From the NCBI GenBank assembly GCA_964199315.1, contig OZ116709.1, forward strand, positions 5,952,001 to 6,016,000: a stretch of 64,000 nt of DNA, given 5' to 3'. Positions 60,901-64,000 of this stretch are shown here, piece by piece. Positions within the stretch are counted from its first letter, which is position 1. Each line of letters opens with the position of its first letter. The notes below the pieces were generated by a model. That model worked only from the letters and a program-made list of their open reading frames with translations. It ran no database searches and had not been told where the DNA came from. The stretch is from Orbicella franksi. Its lineage: Eukaryota. Made by a program: the position numbers and the translations under genes.

Positions 60901-63869
60901 TAGCCTCAAATCTCAGTGACAAAAAGACAGTTTAACAGGGATGACAACATTGACATAAAGGGTTTTTTCCTTATGCTGTTATGTTCATGTTGTTATGTTG
61001 CTTTATTATATGGCTAGCTCCGTGAGCGGGCAAGATGAATCAAATCCTGTGCTGTGATTGGCTACCCAAGAGGGCAAAATGGAGCTATCTTGCCCGCTTG
61101 GGACTACCCCTCATGTCCCGCAAGAAAAATTTCCCCGAAAGCCAGATAATAAATCTTTTATTGACCAAGCTTGTTCAGTCAAGATTGCTGGATATTGGCT
61201 TCGTTCTTTTATTGCGAGTTTATGGACCCCGACTCCATCTCAGTCCATAAACACGCAAAAAAAGAGCTTGGCCAATATCCAGCCATCTTAACCTCATACT
61301 TGGTCAATAACCCATACATGATGTTGTTATGTTGCTATAATGTCATTATGTCAGGACATTCACACTGCAAACATAACGATATAGCACCCTTCTTATGTGG
61401 TACTAAAAATAATCTCGAAACAACATAGCTGTGAATAGAACAATACCTGATTGTTTGTAATGAGGTCAAACACACTCCTCCTAATGAACAAAGAAACCCT
61501 GTCATGTATGTCCATTCATTTAAAGATGCCTGCATGAAATGAAAATGAAAACAAATGAGTATTTATGAACAAGATGGTCACTTTATCTACAACGACATGA
61601 AATTTGGTTGCAACAAATGCATCAGTTGTTCCAAAAAATATCCATACCCGACCCAAGGAGGGCTAGTGGAAATTCCAAGGGGTAGGGGGTTGGAACACAC
61701 GAAAGGAATGTTATGCTTCTGATTTTTTTAATAAACAACGAAACTGAATGATTAACGTTGTAACTTGCACATGTGCCAGTTACAGTGTAGTAGTAAAGTA
61801 GTGAAACCTCTAGCATACATAAACTACAGTAGCAAAAATGACAAAAAAATATAATTTCATGTACCTGCATATTTTCAGTGGTGATTTTTGATCCTGATCT
61901 CCGCCTCAAATATTTTTGCACATCTATCGAAGAGGAGTCTTCTTTAGCAAAGTGCACAAGGTCAAAGGTTAACCTCTGCCATTTTGAGTAAGTACTTTCC
62001 CAGGCCTGTTACGAAGTAAAACATATAAGCACAACAGTTACCTGGCTTTGCATTGTTATCACAGAAGCCAATCAAAATCCTGTTGAAACGTCAGATTTTT
62101 TCTCAGCTTTCACTGCAAGTGAAAATAATGTCTTGAATACTTATAAGTGATCTAGTTCGAAAATGATTTCTTAATTAACATGGCACAGATGGTCATGTGA
62201 CTAAACAAAATAATGTTCACAGAAATTCAGATGAACACCAAATGACGCATTGCACCAAATGAAACACAATCAAGCAAAGCTTAGAAAATAATTACTGAAA
62301 TACACCTGTTATGAGCTATTTGAGGCAAGCACCATTATGTGGACATAATTTTAGCAAAAGACACTTACGGTACATTCACATTCAAAATGCTGTACCTGAA
62401 TGTTTCCTGCCGTTTGTCGGTCAAGCTGCCTTAACAAAGCCATGATGCGTTTTTGTAGTGCTGCTCGACCTGCAATAGAATAAAATGTTAAGAAACTTTA
62501 ATCTCAGTTTATTTTGACTCATTTCTTATATTTCATGATGTTCTTCAGTTGATATAACTGGGAAATCTTTTTGAAAATTTCATGTTAAAACTCCATCCTT
62601 TTCAACTGTAAGCAGTGACATAACTAGCACTTACTTGACAGATTAGCGATTGAGCACAAAATTAAATCTGTCGATAGACTACAGAGGCTACTTAGCTTAC
62701 CAAGAACACTTCAAGTTATCCACTACACAGTCAGGGGATAAGAATGCCATTATTGGAAAATCTTCGTTGAAACACTCATAAAGTTAAATTCAATTTTCAT
62801 CTCCCAGTCAAGGAATAGCGCAAGTACTCATAGCTGCTAGAAGTTGCTACAACATCACAGCACAATCAAATGCTTGGTCTACATACAAGCCAAGTGACCC
62901 ATCAGGCAGACGCTTATCACTGGTTTCTGTAGCATGAAGCGACTAGGAGTATTTCTATTCCCCCCTGGATGGGATGCTAGTCCATCACAGGGTTACCCCC
63001 AGCATTAAATTTGCAGGTACCCATTTATACACCTGGGTGGAGAGAGGCACTGTGAGAGTAAAGTGGTTTGCCCAAGAACACAACACAATGTCCTTAGCCA
63101 GGGATTGGACCCAGACTGTTCGATCAGATGTCAAGCGCACTAACCACACCTTCCTGCAATCATATCCTTAGCAAGACAAACACTGTGGGCCCAAATTGGT
63201 CTCTAAGACCAGAATTCACCATCAAGTGATACTTACCAGCTGTGAATTTGGTGGCCTCATTTGACAGCTCATTGTACACATTCAAGTTTTGGGAGATTTG
63301 AAGTACATTAAGAGTCTCTGAACTCTGGACAATGTCTGCTTCATTGCACATTTGGCCAAAGCAGGCGAGAGATATCAACACTGTTTCCATATCTGGATTC
63401 CATAAATAAGTTAAAAATACTTCCTGAAAGCCAAAACAAATGATACGTCATGCCATATGATTTCTTTCAACTTACAGCTAAACTTTCTTCAGCATTGACA
63501 TGTACATGCAAACTTTGGCTTAAATGAGCTTTTCCTTGGAGATAAACTGCATTAAAACATAACTAAAGAAACTTAACAATTGCATACCAGATTACAAAAT
63601 AACAATAAATATGGAGCTACATAAAATTATTGGGCAATACATACACTTTGTACGTATCAACCCTCCTGGCACCTTATATGTCAATACCCTAGAGAATCTA
63701 TCTGGCTGAAGTAAAGAACTTCTACTCTTAAAAAAATAGAAAAATGAAAATTTAATTTAATATCATTTATGCTTCATGTATTTCACCAATAGCAGAGAAT
63801 GGCACACACCTCAAGTTTAGTTTGAGAAACTGTACAGATTGGTATGTGACAACCTATGGAAGCTTGCTC
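30254..63869 (-). CDS. NF1: Neurofibromin (RasGAP, Sec14-PH, HEAT-like C-terminus): 3' 57 coding exons, 2033 aa; 5' part lies beyond the window
   Basis: Exons: 63869-63810, 63423-63237, 62469-62396, 62005-61865, 61529-61447, 60839-60762, 60471-60414, 60058-59945, 59308-59270, 58850-58753, 58414-58342, 57797-57652, 57031-56918, 56257-56079, 55216-55146, 54677-54537, 54277-54194, 53652-53483, 53393-53301, 52744-52702, 51816-51735, 51181-51105, 50755-50658, 50185-50045, 49485-49387, 48491-48389, 47258-47203, 46669-46546, 46158-46021, 45124-45014, 44600-44553, 43889-43788, 43343-43206, 43114-43049, 42632-42515, 41679-41594, 41472-41375, 40980-40899, 40713-40624, 40221-40102, 39882-39765, 39134-38994, 38054-37986, 37703-37561, 37443-37382, 36828-36714, 36464-36384, 36000-35950, 35867-35778, 35323-35191, 34582-34495, 33935-33889, 33575-33298, 32742-32642, 31714-31569, 31164-31124, 30628-30254. 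The sum is 6102 nt and all phases are consistent. Hallmarks: GRAALQKR, arginine finger [62 protein letters not shown]. Confidence 0.97.
30718..30860. mobile_element. MITE with AGCCTGTGAACAGGCTC TIRs; related (T)AGCCTG-ended elements at about 39628-39735, 52908-53260 and 58900-59060
   Basis: Terminal inverted repeats are visible directly. Confidence 0.65.
31255..31437 (-). mobile_element. tRNA-derived SINE family B (Leu/Ser-tRNA-like head); second copy at about 46375-46506
   Basis: Minus strand reads AGCGTGGCCGAGTGGTTAGGACGCTGGACTTGAAATCCGAAGTTCGCGGGTTCAAGTCCCGCTCTG followed by a shared non-tRNA body. The acceptor stem does not close, so this is not a tRNA gene. Confidence 0.75.
32061..32293. 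mobile_element. Kolobok-like MITE: TTAA|AGGAGCTCAGTCAC...GTGACGTAGCTCCT|TTAA
   Basis: TIRs match at 12/14 and TTAA flanks both sides. The superfamily is inferred from the RR termini plus the TTAA target. Confidence 0.75.
32305..32445. repeat. Dispersed repeat GAAACGAGAAGAAATCTGGGGCGAGTCT...; second copy at about 44067-44220
   Basis: The two copies are directly similar. Confidence 0.7.
34844..35039. mobile_element. MITE (GACCTCTTTAGCTTGGGCG TIR) apparently inserted into a CCAATCA/TGATTGG-type repeat
   Basis: TIRs are visible. Host-repeat halves lie at about 34760-34843 and 35040-35140, and host family members occur near 10190-10260, 15240-15445 and 27460-27600. Confidence 0.6.
35562..35698. 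other. Assembly gap (137 N) inside an NF1 intron
   Basis: Run of N. The flanking exons 35867-35778 and 35323-35191 join in frame, so no exon need be hidden in it. Confidence 0.99.
36100..36330. repeat. Degenerate tetranucleotide repeats (GACA/GACC/GACT)n
   Basis: Seen directly. Confidence 0.8.
36916..36997 (+). tRNA. tRNA-Leu-AAG: tRNA-Leu(AAG), 82 nt, intronless
   Basis: GGTAGCG/CGCTGCC acceptor stem plus A discriminator. Anticodon arm CTGGT-TTAAGGC-ACCAG. Variable arm GTCAT-TTCG-ATGGC. T-loop GGTTCGAATCC. T-runs at about 37007-37017 fit a Pol III terminator. Confidence 0.95.
39896..39961. repeat. (AAAT/AAAC)n microsatellite forming the polypyrimidine tract of an NF1 acceptor
   Basis: Seen directly, just upstream (in gene orientation) of exon 39882-39765. 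Confidence 0.9.
42823..43002. mobile_element. MITE with GCCT(A/G)GTTCACAC TIRs and internal (ACGACATA)n repeats
   Basis: GCCTAGTTCACAC...GTGTGAACCAGGC. Confidence 0.65.
45670..45945. repeat. Dispersed repeat TTAGCGTTCTATCACGAATGCCG...CTACTCA; partial copy at about 49650-49815
   Basis: The two copies are directly similar. Confidence 0.65.
47617..47862. mobile_element. TA-flanked MITE (CAATCCTGG...CCAGGATTG) nested in a GGCCATTTTCGTATT-type MITE; related copy at 52196-52471
   Basis: TA on both sides. Removing it restores GAACTA|GC, as in the intact host copy at 50456-50631. Confidence 0.75.
50456..50631. mobile_element. MITE with roughly 40-bp TIRs (AAT(A/G)GGCCATTTTCGTATTCTCG...)
   Basis: Long near-perfect inverted termini. 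Confidence 0.8.
51893..52040 (-). mobile_element. SINE family A, internally deleted copy (3' fragment also at about 54305-54400)
   Basis: TTTCTGTAGCATGAAGC...TTTCTACTCCCCCTGGATG core is shared with the other copies. Confidence 0.65.
53731..53825. repeat. 15-bp minisatellite (TTACAGTGTATGTGA), about 6 copies
   Basis: Seen directly. Confidence 0.9.
57890..58225. repeat. Repeat built from multiple CCGTTCGAACGG-like palindromes (probable MITE interior)
   Basis: Many CCGTTC/GAACGG half-sites. Confidence 0.55.
61001..61315 (+). mobile_element. Dispersed element (TATTATATGGCTAGCTCCG...TTGGTCAATAACCCATA) interrupting an ACATA-rich repeat
   Basis: TGTTGTTATGTTGCT occurs near both flanks. The class is not determined. 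Confidence 0.5.
62881..63150 (-). mobile_element. SINE family A, near full-length copy
   Basis: Reverse complement aligns with 22119-22400 over about 260 bp. Confidence 0.8.
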
Positions 63870-64000
63870 CTGTGGGAAAAGCAAATTAATATAATGATTA
63901 AATTGTCCTTTAAGATACCAAGAACCCAGGGCTGTCATTAAGGACTGTAGCCCATGCTTAAAAGTAGATTCCTCTATCATAATGGAATCGTAAACCAAAC

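Overview
Eukaryotic, intron-rich animal DNA. The repeats and gene content suggest an anthozoan or stony coral, which is inference only. No prokaryotic features or CRISPR arrays were seen. I spliced gene models by hand from GT/GC-AG boundaries and frame continuity. Left to right: (1) the probable 5' end of a gene for a mitochondrially targeted protein (minus, runs off the left edge); (2) an intronless BTB-BACK-PHR gene (minus); (3) an 11-coding-exon, 2583-aa type I membrane protein (minus) with signal peptide, six-bladed YWTD propeller, 5 Ca-binding EGF, Sushi, about 15 cadherin repeats, about 6 EGF, TM and a tail with three NPx[Y/F] motifs; (4) a head-to-head FrnE/DsbA-like CPWC thioredoxin-fold gene (plus); (5) a single-exon 540-aa orphan with an N-myristoylation motif and internal repeats (minus); (6) the 3' 57 coding exons (2033 aa) of neurofibromin NF1 (minus, continues past the right edge), with one GC-AG intron and an antisense intronic tRNA-Leu(AAG). 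Introns and intergenic DNA are full of MITEs, tRNA-derived SINEs and satellites, and there is a 137-N assembly gap. The best candidate for something undescribed is the LDL-receptor-like/cadherin chimeric receptor.
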